Shown: positions 20,289-29,264 of the stretch, piece by piece
Numbering within the stretch: the stretch's first letter is position 1
Layout of the letters: every line of letters begins with the position of its first letter
DNA from: a virus
Taxonomy: Duplodnaviria; Caudoviricetes
DNA length: 64,000 nt
Reading direction: 5' to 3' (one strand)
IMG/VR virus record: IMGVR_UViG_3300044991_002130
Location: 1 to 64,000 of that record
Notes under the pieces: model-generated
Databases searched by the model: none
Told to the model about the DNA's origin: nothing
Seen by the model: the letters and a program-made list of their open reading frames with translations, nothing else
Program-made: the position numbers and the translations under genes

Positions 20289-20504
20289 TTTTAGGTCGAA
20301 ACAATGAGTTGCATAAATTCAATGAAACGGTTGGTTAATAACCAACAGCCACTTTTCTTGGCGCGACTTTTAATTTTGATAGTGTATGTGTTTTCGTCTC
20401 TAAAATCTTACGGCACATGGAAGACGTGTAACGGGTTCAAAGTCCGACCACTTTGCATTGAGCAGAGTGAGTAAGCCAACCATATACATTATCAAAAAAT
20501 TTAT

Positions 20505-20580
20505 GGGAGTTTGGTGAAGGCGGTCCTCACGTCGCACTGAAGATGCGAAGAAGTTGGTTCAATTCCAACAGCTCCCACCA
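20505..20580 (+). tRNA. tRNA-Phe(GAA)
   Basis: ctGAAga, CCA. Confidence 0.88.
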
Positions 20581-20586
20581 TTTTAT

Positions 20587-20660
20587 TGAGATATGTTGTA
20601 GTGGTAGCAACGGAGTCTTTGAAACTCTTAGTCTTGGTTCGATTCCAAGTATCTCAGCCA
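20587..20660 (+). tRNA. tRNA-Gln(TTG), copy 1
   Basis: ctTTGaa, U1-A72, CCA. Confidence 0.9.
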
Positions 20661-20809
20661 GTTTGAGAAACCTATACCAATAGGTGTATAAGCCGAACGG
20701 CCCGAGAGGGATGGACGTGAGCTATAGCATGGATGTGTAATCGAAAGAGTATCCACCAAGACTTGTTCTTGGCGCAAAAATCCATTGTGACAACACCTCA
20801 AACATTTAT

Positions 20810-20885
20810 CGGAGTGTGGTGACAAAGGTTGTCGATTCGTTTTGGAAACGAAATTATGCAGGTTCGAGTCCTGTCACTCCGACCA
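20810..20885 (+). tRNA. tRNA-Pro(TGG)
   Basis: ttTGGaa, C1-G72, A73, CCA. Confidence 0.85.
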
Positions 20886-20892
20886 CTTTTAT

Positions 20893-20966
20893 TGAGATAT
20901 GTTGTAGTGGTAGCAACGGAGTCTTTGAAACTCTTAGTCTTGGTTCGATTCCAAGTATCTCAGCCA
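20893..20966 (+). tRNA. tRNA-Gln(TTG), copy 2
   Basis: identical to 20587-20660. Confidence 0.9.
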
Positions 20967-20973
20967 TTTTTAT

Positions 20974-21048
20974 TGCGATATAGTGTTAAGGTAGCACAGC
21001 CCGACTGTTAATCGGGAAGTGATGGTTCAAGTCCATCTTTCGCAGCCA
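20974..21048 (+). tRNA. tRNA-Asn(GTT)
   Basis: ctGTTaa, G73, CCA. Confidence 0.88.
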
Positions 21049-21213
21049 TTTTATTATACAACAACTGCGGAGATAGTAATTCCAAAAAAGTTGTTACTGT
21101 ATGAGTAGAAGATATCGTGAATTAATTACTATGTCACGTGAAGCGAAAAATATAGGATAATATAAAGGTGAAGCCTCATCTTGAATGGGTTAAATTCCCA
21201 AAGGCATTTTTAT

Positions 21214-21291
21214 TCTCATCGGGCTGGCATGGTGTTAAGCACGTGACTGTTAATCACGATAAGCGTGGATCGTTACCACGGGTGGGAGCCA
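21214..21291 (+). tRNA. tRNA-Asn(GTT), divergent T loop
   Basis: ctGTTaa, CCA. Confidence 0.8.
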
Positions 21292-21425
21292 ATTTAATGT
21301 AGCTGAGAACGGATGCAAGCGGTATACCGAAACGCCGAAAGGTTGACCTTGGAAACAAGCGGTATGTGTCGATACAAAAGTATCATAACAGAGTGGAACT
21401 CACACTCTCATTAAAAATTTTATAT

Positions 21426-21504
21426 GGAACTAAAGCCACAGTGGACGGGCAGCGGTCTTTTAAACCGTTAATTCGTGTGGGTTCAACTCCCACTGGTTCC
21501 ACCA
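21426..21504 (+). tRNA. tRNA-Lys(TTT)
   Basis: ctTTTaa, CCA; body similar to 18691. Confidence 0.85.
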
Positions 21505-21564
21505 TTTTGTTAGCTTTTTTGTACATATGAGTTATATTTATAGAAATACCACCATTATTTACAT

Positions 21565-21990
21565 ATGAAAAAAAGCGAACTTAAAGATATTATAGCCGAA
21601 TGCGTTACCGAAGTCATTCAAGAACAAGGTTTACCAGAAGGTTGGGGACAAGACATGTTGAAAGGTTTGAAGAAGACCTTCACGGGCGATGGTCCAGACA
21701 GTGGAGCAGCACATTATGATAGAAATGCAAAAATGCACAATAAACGCGTGGATTACAGTAAAGCATCTATCGGAGATAAGTCTAAGATGCGGGCCGGAGC
21801 AAGAAAAACGGTAGAGGCTTCGAAACAAGAATTTGAAACTAAGTTAAAAGAAATGCTGCGCAGTGCATTCGTAGAAGCCGAATCAGTCGGAATGAAGCGC
21901 GAAGACGTAACAAAAGCATTTCGTTCCGCAATCACGAGTATTTTTAACAAATATAAAAGACTCGAAGAGATAGCAGAAGAACAACAATAA
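21565..21990 (+). CDS. hypothetical protein with MKKSELK..I.E N-terminus (putative internal virion protein)
   Basis: shared N-terminal motif; TATTTAT upstream. Confidence 0.7.
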   Translation: MKKSELKDIIAECVTEVIQEQGLPEGWGQDMLKGLKKTFTGDGPDSGAAHYDRNAKMHNKRVDYSKASIGDKSKMRAGARKTVEASKQEFETKLKEMLRSAFVEAESVGMKREDVTKAFRSAITSIFNKYKRLEEIAEEQQ

Positions 21991-22142
21991 TTTTTAGGTG
22001 ATGTGTGAGGTTTCACTGACTCACACTTAGTCGAGAAGCTCGATAACCTTTTGGGTGTGAGGGGCGACTATCGTGTCGCCGACATCTTTGGTCCCCACCA
22101 ATTTGTCGCAATGGGGCAATACCTCACACATATAATTTATAT

Positions 22143-22225
22143 AGCAGAGACAAGCCAAGGGACGCTGAGTGCGCTCATAACGCATCCGAAAGGTATGATG
22201 GATTCGATTTCCATCTCTGCTACCA
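22143..22225 (+). tRNA. tRNA-Met/Ile2(CAT)
   Basis: ctCATaa, extra CC-GAAA-GG arm, CCA. Confidence 0.75.
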
Positions 22226-22314
22226 ATTTCGTATTCGTGTTTCGGACCAAAAGAATATAGAGTGACATACGACTCTTTCAATTGGAAAAATCAGAGCACC
22301 CAATTTATTTTTAT

Positions 22315-22390
22315 CAGTGTGTGGTGCAAGAGGTTGGCGATTCCGCTTGGAACGGAAATTATGTAGGTTCGAGTCCTATCACACTGACCA
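22315..22390 (+). tRNA. tRNA-Pro(TGG)
   Basis: ctTGGaa, CCA. Confidence 0.82.
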
Positions 22391-22455
22391 ATTTTTAACA
22401 TACACAGTAGTCCTCTTGATTTATATCAATGTCAATAATGGCTGTGTGAAACTTT

Positions 22456-22532
22456 GGAGTGGGAGCTTATGAAGCACAAGCAATAGATTGTCAATCTATA
22501 GAAAGTCGGTGCAAATCCGATGCACTCCGCCA
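22456..22532 (+). tRNA. tRNA-Asp(GTC), divergent
   Basis: ttGTCaa, G73, CCA. Confidence 0.78.
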
Positions 22533-22659
22533 ATTTTACGATTTGAATATGGACGCATATTCATTCGTCGCGTCTGATTCAAGGTGACTGGCAGTCCTTG
22601 TGGCTGGGTTCTAGACTAAGTTGTTTCGACTACAACGGCGCGACATATTTAAATTTTAT

Positions 22660-22735
22660 GGTGTTATAGTGTAAAGGTCGCACTGGCTGATTGTCAATCA
22701 GCAAGACGGGGTTCGAGTTCCCCGTAACACCGCCA
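22660..22735 (+). tRNA. tRNA-Asp(GTC)
   Basis: ttGTCaa, G73, CCA. Confidence 0.88.
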
Positions 22736-22776
22736 CTTTGAGTCGCAATATGGAAACATATATGCCGATTTTATAT

Positions 22777-22852
22777 GCGCACGTCGTCCAACTGGATAGG
22801 ACATCAGATTACGAATCTGAGAATTAGGGTTCGAATCCCTACGAGCGCACCA
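22777..22852 (+). tRNA. tRNA-Arg(ACG)
   Basis: ttACGaa, CCA. Confidence 0.9.
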
Positions 22853-22858
22853 TTTTAT

Positions 22859-22935
22859 GGAGACGCTGGCAAAGTAGAGCCGACCTCGCTTCGAACGAGT
22901 TATAACTATAGGTTAGAGTCCTATCGCCTCCACCA
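22859..22935 (+). tRNA. tRNA-Arg(TCG)
   Basis: ctTCGaa, CCA. Confidence 0.75.
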
Positions 22936-23606
22936 ATTTTTGAGCGGCAGCGTGGAAGGACATACAGCCTTGAGAAGTTCTATTACGCACAGTATAGTGT
23001 ACATAAAGCTGTGCCTCTGAAACGAAGCGATGACTACCTAATAGATCGGGTCAGATTCAATGTCATCAATAGGTATCAATTCCTATCCGACTCAAATTAA
23101 TTTTGAATAGCAGCTCGGAGTGTAGAAAAGTTTTTCCCTTTTCGGTACGAGCATGGGGTTAAACCATCAGCGGAAAAATAAGCAACGAAAAGCCTCTAAG
23201 TTCATAACAATATGTTAAATGGGAAAATAATAACATGTTGGAATTTATGCGCAAACAGGAAACTCGCTATAGTGTAGATATATAAAGCAAAACTACATCT
23301 ATTCAAAAATTTTTGGATATGTTGCGGAACGTCTAGACAATTAACGCAAAGCTAGTCAAAGAGAATTAACATTCTTGATTGTAAGTTCAAATCTTACCTA
23401 TCCAAATTTTTTAATTTACAGAGAGTTAAGGGTACAGCCATTGGAATATCGCAGTGGGTTCATGTAGCGTAATAAGCACTCTTGACCAAACACTTTCTAA
23501 TATTTGGACAGAAGTCTAGTTGTTTGTAAAACAGGAGTCGGTGTAATCATATTGATGTTTTTCAACAGGCAACCGTGCGCGGAATAATCGGGTGCTGTTC
23601 ATTTTT

Positions 23607-23682
23607 GGCCCTATAGAATAATGGTTGAGTTCGCCTGCCTTTCAAGCAGGAGAGCCGGGATCGTGACCCGGTGGGGCTACCA
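23607..23682 (+). tRNA. tRNA-Glu(TTC)
   Basis: ctTTCaa, CCA. Confidence 0.87.
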
Positions 23683-23815
23683 ATTTGTCATCATTGAGGG
23701 CAGAAATATGAAATAGCAGTGGTGTAATGGTAGCACAGGGACAGCAAATCTTGCGATATGGTTCGATTCCATGCAGTGAAAAATAAGTCTGAGCGACCTG
23801 AAATGACAAAAATTT

Positions 23816-24083
23816 TTGTTGAGGAGGTTGGTCTAGAGGCAGCAATCCTATAATGAGTAGAGTCCGTACTCCAAGCTAGTAAAAGTGCAGCGATGAATTC
23901 TCGAATTCTGCATTTCCCATTACCAACTATAATGGTTCGCGTGGAGGCAATTCAGACGCGAACCGATAAGAACTACGGAATTGACCTTAGCTCGGTGCCG
24001 AAAATGTAAGCGCAAATATAGTTGTTATATATTTGGCCGCGAAACGGTGTTAGCTCTTTTGGCGTAATAGCACACTCTTCAAA
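23816..24083 (+). ncRNA. ncRNA containing a 23S rRNA H43-H44 (L11-binding) mimic with a ~200-nt insert
   Basis: AGGAGGTTGGTCTAGAGGCAGCAATCCTATAATGAGT ... GCGTAATAGCACACT, closed by GAG/CTC and TTG/CAA pairs. Confidence 0.75.
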
Positions 24084-24094
24084 AATATTTAAAT

Positions 24095-24173
24095 GGCGAT
24101 ATCGTCTATGTTTGGAAAGGACAGGATATTCTCAATATTCAAAGGTCGGTTCGACTCCCGACTATCGCCACCA
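24095..24173 (+). tRNA. tRNA-Glu(CTC)
   Basis: ttCTCaa, CCA. Confidence 0.85.
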
Positions 24174-24175
24174 TT

Positions 24176-25534
24176 TTATGTTTTCCATTTACGAATTAAG
24201 TTTTTCAACTTGATTCTGTGCTCGCGGATTTTTTGCTTACTGCGCAATCTGATATAATTAGCAACTTCCTCCGCGCCACCAAAAGTTAACATTTCAACTA
24301 TATCGTTAATATCTTTTGGAATAAATTTTTCTTGGGTCTGTGGGTCGGCGAACATGTATGTTTGATTTGAAGAATTTCGATATGCTTGATATTTTTTCAT
24401 CGCATTCCCTAACACACTTTCTAGATTGAAATCGGATAATCTCACCAAGTTTTCGTAACTAGAATCGTCCAATACACCGCGAACAATATTTGACATTGGT
24501 TTGCCGTAAGTTTTAATATTCACAACGTGTGTTATAGCGTTGGTGATTTGGTCGAGATAATCTCCGTCGTAACTTTTCAAGAACTTGGTCAAATCTTTAG
24601 AGAGGAATACACCATTGTCTCTTCCATGATGAAAGATGCACCACCACGCTAAGTTTTTTCCCAGCGCATCGTAATCTTCGGTTCCTAGATATTCTTCTAG
24701 GTCGTCCTCTATACGACCGTCGTCTAGGATGTTATAATGTTCTGCTATTAGCGTAGACAGTTTAGGAACAAACTCGTCGCCATGATCTTTTACCCACTCT
24801 TCGTTTTTCTTTTCTTCCACTTCTTGCTGTCTGTCTGAAATATTGCTTTCATCGTCATCAAGGTATTCCGTTAATTTTTCCATTGCTTCTTCCGGCAATA
24901 TTTCTGATAAATATTCCCCCGGTCTAGACATGGTATGGTCCTGAGAATTATACAATGTCCAATCACGACTGTTCGCCCCGGACGGAGAGAGCAACGCCAA
25001 TCGAGCCATTGGTTTTTCAGATTCTCGGTCATGTATAAGAATTACGGTGTTTTCAGAGTAGTAATCCTGCCAATAATCTTCGCTGCTTGAAATACACCAG
25101 TTGGTTTTTCCGGCTGCAAAATTTCCAACTGCATCTTGTGAGCGCGGACCGACAATTAAAAATCTGTCATCTTCGTAAATCAGTTCGGTGTCTGCGGCTA
25201 ATTTTTCTCTGTTGCTAAGTTTCTTCGCGGCTTCGTCGGTGGCTCGGACAAACTCTTCATAAGTTTTGTACTTGTTGATGTCAATGCTTGATAGCTTGTT
25301 GAAGTGCACCTTAATTCTCTGTAACAAATCATTAGCGAACACTTTGTTTTCAATTTTGTCGGATACGGTGACGATCTTTCCAAGCCAGTCGAGATACTTC
25401 TTGTTGGCGGTAAAGTCGCCATCTATAAGTAAGTTCTGCATCCATAATGGGAGGTTTACGTATTTCTCTTGAAAGTCAGAAACTCGACTTTCCAGCAATA
25501 AATATGGCAATAAAGATGATAATTTGATGTGCAT
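24176..25534 (-). CDS. hypothetical protein (putative virion protein)
   Basis: 452 aa; IKLSSLL..LLE start, TNWCIS motif; TATTTAT upstream. Confidence 0.75.
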   Translation of the reverse strand: MHIKLSSLLPYLLLESRVSDFQEKYVNLPLWMQNLLIDGDFTANKKYLDWLGKIVTVSDKIENKVFANDLLQRIKVHFNKLSSIDINKYKTYEEFVRATDEAAKKLSNREKLAADTELIYEDDRFLIVGPRSQDAVGNFAAGKTNWCISSSEDYWQDYYSENTVILIHDRESEKPMARLALLSPSGANSRDWTLYNSQDHTMSRPGEYLSEILPEEAMEKLTEYLDDDESNISDRQQEVEEKKNEEWVKDHGDEFVPKLSTLIAEHYNILDDGRIEDDLEEYLGTEDYDALGKNLAWWCIFHHGRDNGVFLSKDLTKFLKSYDGDYLDQITNAITHVVNIKTYGKPMSNIVRGVLDDSSYENLVRLSDFNLESVLGNAMKKYQAYRNSSNQTYMFADPQTQEKFIPKDINDIVEMLTFGGAEEVANYIRLRSKQKIREHRIKLKNLIRKWKT

Positions 25535-25598
25535 TAGTAATTATAAATATAATGCAGTGATTATAATAAACGATTTTACAGAATTTGATTTATAATAT

Positions 25599-25673
25599 GG
25601 TGTGGTAGAACAATGGTAGTTCAACGTCTTGATAAGGCGAAGGTTGTGGGTTCGACTCCCACCCGCACCACCA
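25599..25673 (+). tRNA. tRNA-Ile(GAT)
   Basis: ttGATaa, CCA. Confidence 0.9.
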
Positions 25674-25677
25674 ATTT

Positions 25678-25752
25678 GAAGAAGTAGCTCAGAGAAAGAG
25701 CGCCGGTGTTTCAACGTCTGTGAGGTCGGTGGTTCAAGTCCACCCTTCTTCG
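25678..25752 (+). ncRNA. tRNA-like gene with malformed anticodon arm
   Basis: GAAGAAG/CTTCTTC acceptor, normal D and T arms, ambiguous tttcaa loop, no CCA. Confidence 0.55.
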
Positions 25753-25761
25753 ATATTTTAT

Positions 25762-25838
25762 GGGGTCGCATGTACTAAGGATAGCGACGGATACTTGCAA
25801 TATCTGTGATGTGAGTTCGATTCTCACCGATTCCACCA
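25762..25838 (+). tRNA. tRNA-Ala(TGC)
   Basis: ctTGCaa, G3:U70, CCA. Confidence 0.82.
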
Positions 25839-25840
25839 AT

Positions 25841-27403
25841 TTAACTTGGATCATATCCAAACTCATGAAGACTATCGCCTGTAGTAAATAAATGCATAGC
25901 CGAAACAGTCTTTGTTAAGATTTTATAATCTCCCATAAGAGTATTTCTGCCGTGACTAATAGCGTATCTTTTATTTATTGTCACCCAATCACCGGGATTG
26001 ATTTTTAAACCTTTCAATTTCTTCGATTTGAGCGCGTCCATCTCAGCAAACAATTTTTCAAGCAAAGCGTCTTTGTTATATTTTAACTCGGGATATAAAT
26101 CGGAATATTTACTGCCTACTGGTAAAAATCCAAATTTCATGATGTACCCGGCAACGGTTGATATATCTTTAATTTTATTATCCGTGTCTTTGTTTAAGTT
26201 TGGTACTGCCCTGTATATTCTAACTTGCTTGTTGGGGTTTCCTCTTGCACTTTGTATTATAGATACGGTCTCAGCATCACTGTATTCAGTTGATCGATCC
26301 CCATAATATTGTTCGGCCTTCGATGAATAAACATCGTCTGGATAAATTTTTGTTAAATCGTGCAATGGTGCTCCGCCATCTTTATCTGGCGCACGGTGTT
26401 GACCTTTATAATCTTCTTGTTCAGACAATTTTAATTGGTCACGCTGGTCGTTTGATATAGCGTTTTTACTTTTTAGTTTATCAAAGAACAACTTCACTCT
26501 TGGGTCGGATGATAATAAACTATCGGATGCTGCCTCTTCCATCCAGTGTTCTAATAAAGTTGTCAAATCCTCGCGGTTGACGGCGTTGTTAATCAAAATA
26601 TTTTTGTCTTTTATATCACCCTTAAATCTCATTGGAACATTTGATCCCACTTTTTTATATCCAATTTTTTCTAATTGATTGGATATTTTTTCCGGAACTG
26701 CAAAAATAGCCGGTGTGGATGAGTGTAGCAAATCCAATAGCATATCTATACCAGTTTTACCAGTCTCGGGTGCAAAATGCGAAACGGCAAATGTATCACC
26801 GATGAATTGACCAACGAGATAATCTTTGGAGTTATATGGATTATAAATAGTCCCATGTCCGCTTTGTAAATGTGAAATTAAATCGGTAGGATTTATACCT
26901 GCACGAACCGCGTATTTTTCGTAGTTATCTTGAATAGTATGTGCTTCTTCTTCACCTGTAACATCTCTAAAATTTGAAGATAGCCGAGTATCGGATTGCG
27001 GCAACTTAGTTACTGTATATGCCTCAGATACCTTACTTGTATTTATTTTTTCCGATTTTATTATTTTTATTTGCCGTGGAGAAAATACAAAACAGTCAAA
27101 TTGACCATCAGCGTCTTTGAGGATTACTCCATCAAATCCATTACCTTTAATCTGACCAAGACCAAGCTTGTCGTATTCATCCCACCCAGCAGGATTATTA
27201 ATGGTGACTTCGGCAGTAATTAGGTAACCTTTACCTTGTGCACCCGCTTCGTTTGACAATATTTTGTTTTTATCAGACGTAAACCATATAATACCTTGAG
27301 TAGTTTTTTTCAAGTCAAACTTTTTAAATTTTGAACCTGTTCCATGATACACAGTCAATGGTTTCGACTGAATCTCGTTAAGTAAATCTTTTAATTTAAT
27401 CAT
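25841..27403 (-). CDS. multidomain protein with ADP-ribosyltransferase-like (ART-PolyVal-like) domains
   Basis: MIKLKDLLNE; VYHGT..F..F..GIIWFT..GFDGVI; C-terminal IYRAVP..INPGDWVT..YA..HG. Confidence 0.6.
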   Translation of the reverse strand: MIKLKDLLNEIQSKPLTVYHGTGSKFKKFDLKKTTQGIIWFTSDKNKILSNEAGAQGKGYLITAEVTINNPAGWDEYDKLGLGQIKGNGFDGVILKDADGQFDCFVFSPRQIKIIKSEKINTSKVSEAYTVTKLPQSDTRLSSNFRDVTGEEEAHTIQDNYEKYAVRAGINPTDLISHLQSGHGTIYNPYNSKDYLVGQFIGDTFAVSHFAPETGKTGIDMLLDLLHSSTPAIFAVPEKISNQLEKIGYKKVGSNVPMRFKGDIKDKNILINNAVNREDLTTLLEHWMEEAASDSLLSSDPRVKLFFDKLKSKNAISNDQRDQLKLSEQEDYKGQHRAPDKDGGAPLHDLTKIYPDDVYSSKAEQYYGDRSTEYSDAETVSIIQSARGNPNKQVRIYRAVPNLNKDTDNKIKDISTVAGYIMKFGFLPVGSKYSDLYPELKYNKDALLEKLFAEMDALKSKKLKGLKINPGDWVTINKRYAISHGRNTLMGDYKILTKTVSAMHLFTTGDSLHEFGYDPS

Positions 27404-27409
27404 GATATA

Positions 27410-27955
27410 TTATTCTTCGTAAGTTATATCAAATTGTCGATTTTGGTCCACTACTTCATCGAGCTTGCCGGACAGTGTTGGTTGGAGACTTGCTGATAAT
27501 TTCTTTTTTAGGCCATCTTTTAAAGCTAACAGATGTTTGCAAAGTCCCGGACGATTTTCCGGATTTAACATATCTGCTGGCATTCCATTAGATTTATTCA
27601 AACTATTGAATCCTAATGGACTTGCTCCTTTTTTATTGTTAGCGTATGCCCAACGAAATTTATAATCTGGACATCCACAATCAACTTCGCACATGAGTCT
27701 ATCTGGGCGAGTAACTTCTTTAGATTTTGGAAATGTAATTCTACCTTTCCAAGATTTACCCGTGGTGTTATTATCTGGCGCACTTCTAAAAGAGAAATTC
27801 CAGTATCTTTCATCTCTGTTAGACAGAACGGGCAATGTTTGTACTTTCATATTCTTCGCTCGGTTCTTTCTGGACGGCGTGGACGAATTGAATAATTGGT
27901 AAAAACTCATTCTCTCGGTCAATAGGCTGCGAGCAAGGTTTGCTAGTGAAATCAT
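27410..27955 (-). CDS. SWIM-type Zn-finger-like protein
   Basis: CxCPDY ... LCKHL. Confidence 0.65.
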   Translation of the reverse strand: MISLANLARSLLTERMSFYQLFNSSTPSRKNRAKNMKVQTLPVLSNRDERYWNFSFRSAPDNNTTGKSWKGRITFPKSKEVTRPDRLMCEVDCGCPDYKFRWAYANNKKGASPLGFNSLNKSNGMPADMLNPENRPGLCKHLLALKDGLKKKLSASLQPTLSGKLDEVVDQNRQFDITYEE

Positions 27956-27997
27956 ATGTATAAATATAGGTTAGATGTTATAAAATGTAAAGATAAC

Positions 27998-28073
27998 GGG
28001 GAAATAGCTCAATTGGTAGAGCACCGCATTTGCAATGCGAAGGTTGTGGGTTCGAGCCCCATTTTCTCCACCA
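27998..28073 (+). tRNA. tRNA-Ala(TGC)
   Basis: ttTGCaa, G3:U70, CCA. Confidence 0.93.
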
Positions 28074-28101
28074 TTTATAGTAAACAGTATGCGTGCTTAT
28101 T

Positions 28102-28419
28102 ATGCAAAACATATACTATAATCCAAAAGAATGCGGTTTAGAAATTGTCGATGTACTTGACGACCCTCAAGACTACGCGTTTAATACTCTATTGATAGTT
28201 CGGGCGACCGACACCAATCGAGTGTATTACGCAGCAAGTGCGGGGTGTTCTTGTCCCGTCCCGTTCGAAGAATATCATTATGCTTCGGCTGATGATAACG
28301 ATTTGAACGAGGTGACATATGAGACGTTAGACAGCTTCATTAATGTAGTGAATAATTTTCCTGTTTCCATTGATGAAAGAAAAGATGCTATCCGCAAGGT
28401 TGAAGCACTATTAAAGTAA
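28102..28419 (+). CDS. hypothetical protein
   Basis: GCSCPVPFE motif. Confidence 0.65.
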   Translation: MQNIYYNPKECGLEIVDVLDDPQDYAFNTLLIVRATDTNRVYYAASAGCSCPVPFEEYHYASADDNDLNEVTYETLDSFINVVNNFPVSIDERKDAIRKVEALLK

Positions 28420-28450
28420 ACATCGGAGTCGAGGGAGAAATCCCTTTTTT

Positions 28451-28526
28451 GGTCTTATAGCTCAATCGGTAGAGCAGGAAGCTTTTAACTTCTTGGTTCG
28501 GGGTTCGAGTCCCCGTGGGACCACCA
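28451..28526 (+). tRNA. tRNA-Lys(TTT)
   Basis: ctTTTaa, CCA. Confidence 0.93.
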
Positions 28527-28578
28527 TTTACATTAAATATAATAAGTAAATTTAAAATTGAAGTATATATTTATATTT

Positions 28579-29040
28579 ATGAAAAAATCCGAATTAAAAT
28601 CTTTGATAAAAGAAGTAATACAAGAAATCGAGCTTAACCCTGAATATAGTGTGAATTCAGACGAACAGGTAAGAATTGCAATAAGACGCAGTTATAAACC
28701 CTTCCCAAAAGCGAAATTTTCCTCCCCCAACGAGGAATTATTTCAAAAATATCTTCGAGCCGCACAAGCTTGGGCTGCTCAAAATTTAGCGGATTCGAAA
28801 AACGGTGCATTGTTATCAAAGCAAGGAAAATTACACACGAGAATAAGACCAGACGCTAAAGATAGTGACCTAGTTTTACGGTTTGACGACGGATATGAAA
28901 ATTTTGATGAGTTTCTATTAGACTACGACCAAAAACAAATAAGTCAGCATGAATATATATGGATTTCGCCGCGACATATTGCAAAATACGTAATGGGAGA
29001 AGTGGCGGACAGAATCGTAATTCCGGGAGAAACAAAATAA
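28579..29040 (+). CDS. hypothetical protein with MKKSELKSLIKEVIQE N-terminus
   Basis: shared N-terminal motif; TATTTAT upstream. Confidence 0.7.
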   Translation: MKKSELKSLIKEVIQEIELNPEYSVNSDEQVRIAIRRSYKPFPKAKFSSPNEELFQKYLRAAQAWAAQNLADSKNGALLSKQGKLHTRIRPDAKDSDLVLRFDDGYENFDEFLLDYDQKQISQHEYIWISPRHIAKYVMGEVADRIVIPGETK

Positions 29041-29051
29041 TAAAATTTTAT

Positions 29052-29127
29052 GCTGGGGTAGCATAGTGGCTAATGCAGCGCGTTTACATCGCGCCTATCG
29101 GGGGTTCGAGTCCCTTCTCCAGTACCA
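29052..29127 (+). tRNA. tRNA-Val(TAC)
   Basis: ttTACat, CCA. Confidence 0.9.
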
Positions 29128-29264
29128 ATTTCAATATAAAAAACCAGTATAGCCCAAAGATAATTCAGCGGTCTGGGGTGATGCATCACTTGTCTGTTTG
29201 GGATATTGAAACTAATTTAATGTGATGAGCCCTAGTTTTTGTATTTGGTATATATTTATATTAC

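Noticed and set aside
20290-20372. Hammerhead-like CAATGAG...GAAA arrangement
   Set aside because: The core lacks CUGANGA and a convincing stem I/III cleavage site
23816-24083. True 23S rRNA gene or host contamination
   Set aside because: Only about 52 nt are rRNA-like, split by an unrelated insert, with phage-array elements on both sides
19631-24213. Short ORFs across the tRNA array (e.g. 19631, 20628, 20829, 22051, 22775, 23642, 24022)
   Set aside because: They overlap tRNAs or structured RNAs and translate tRNA sequence; treated as spurious
25678-25752. Opal suppressor or selenocysteine tRNA (TCA)
   Set aside because: The TCA register needs a largely unpaired anticodon stem; no long acceptor or variable arm and no CCA
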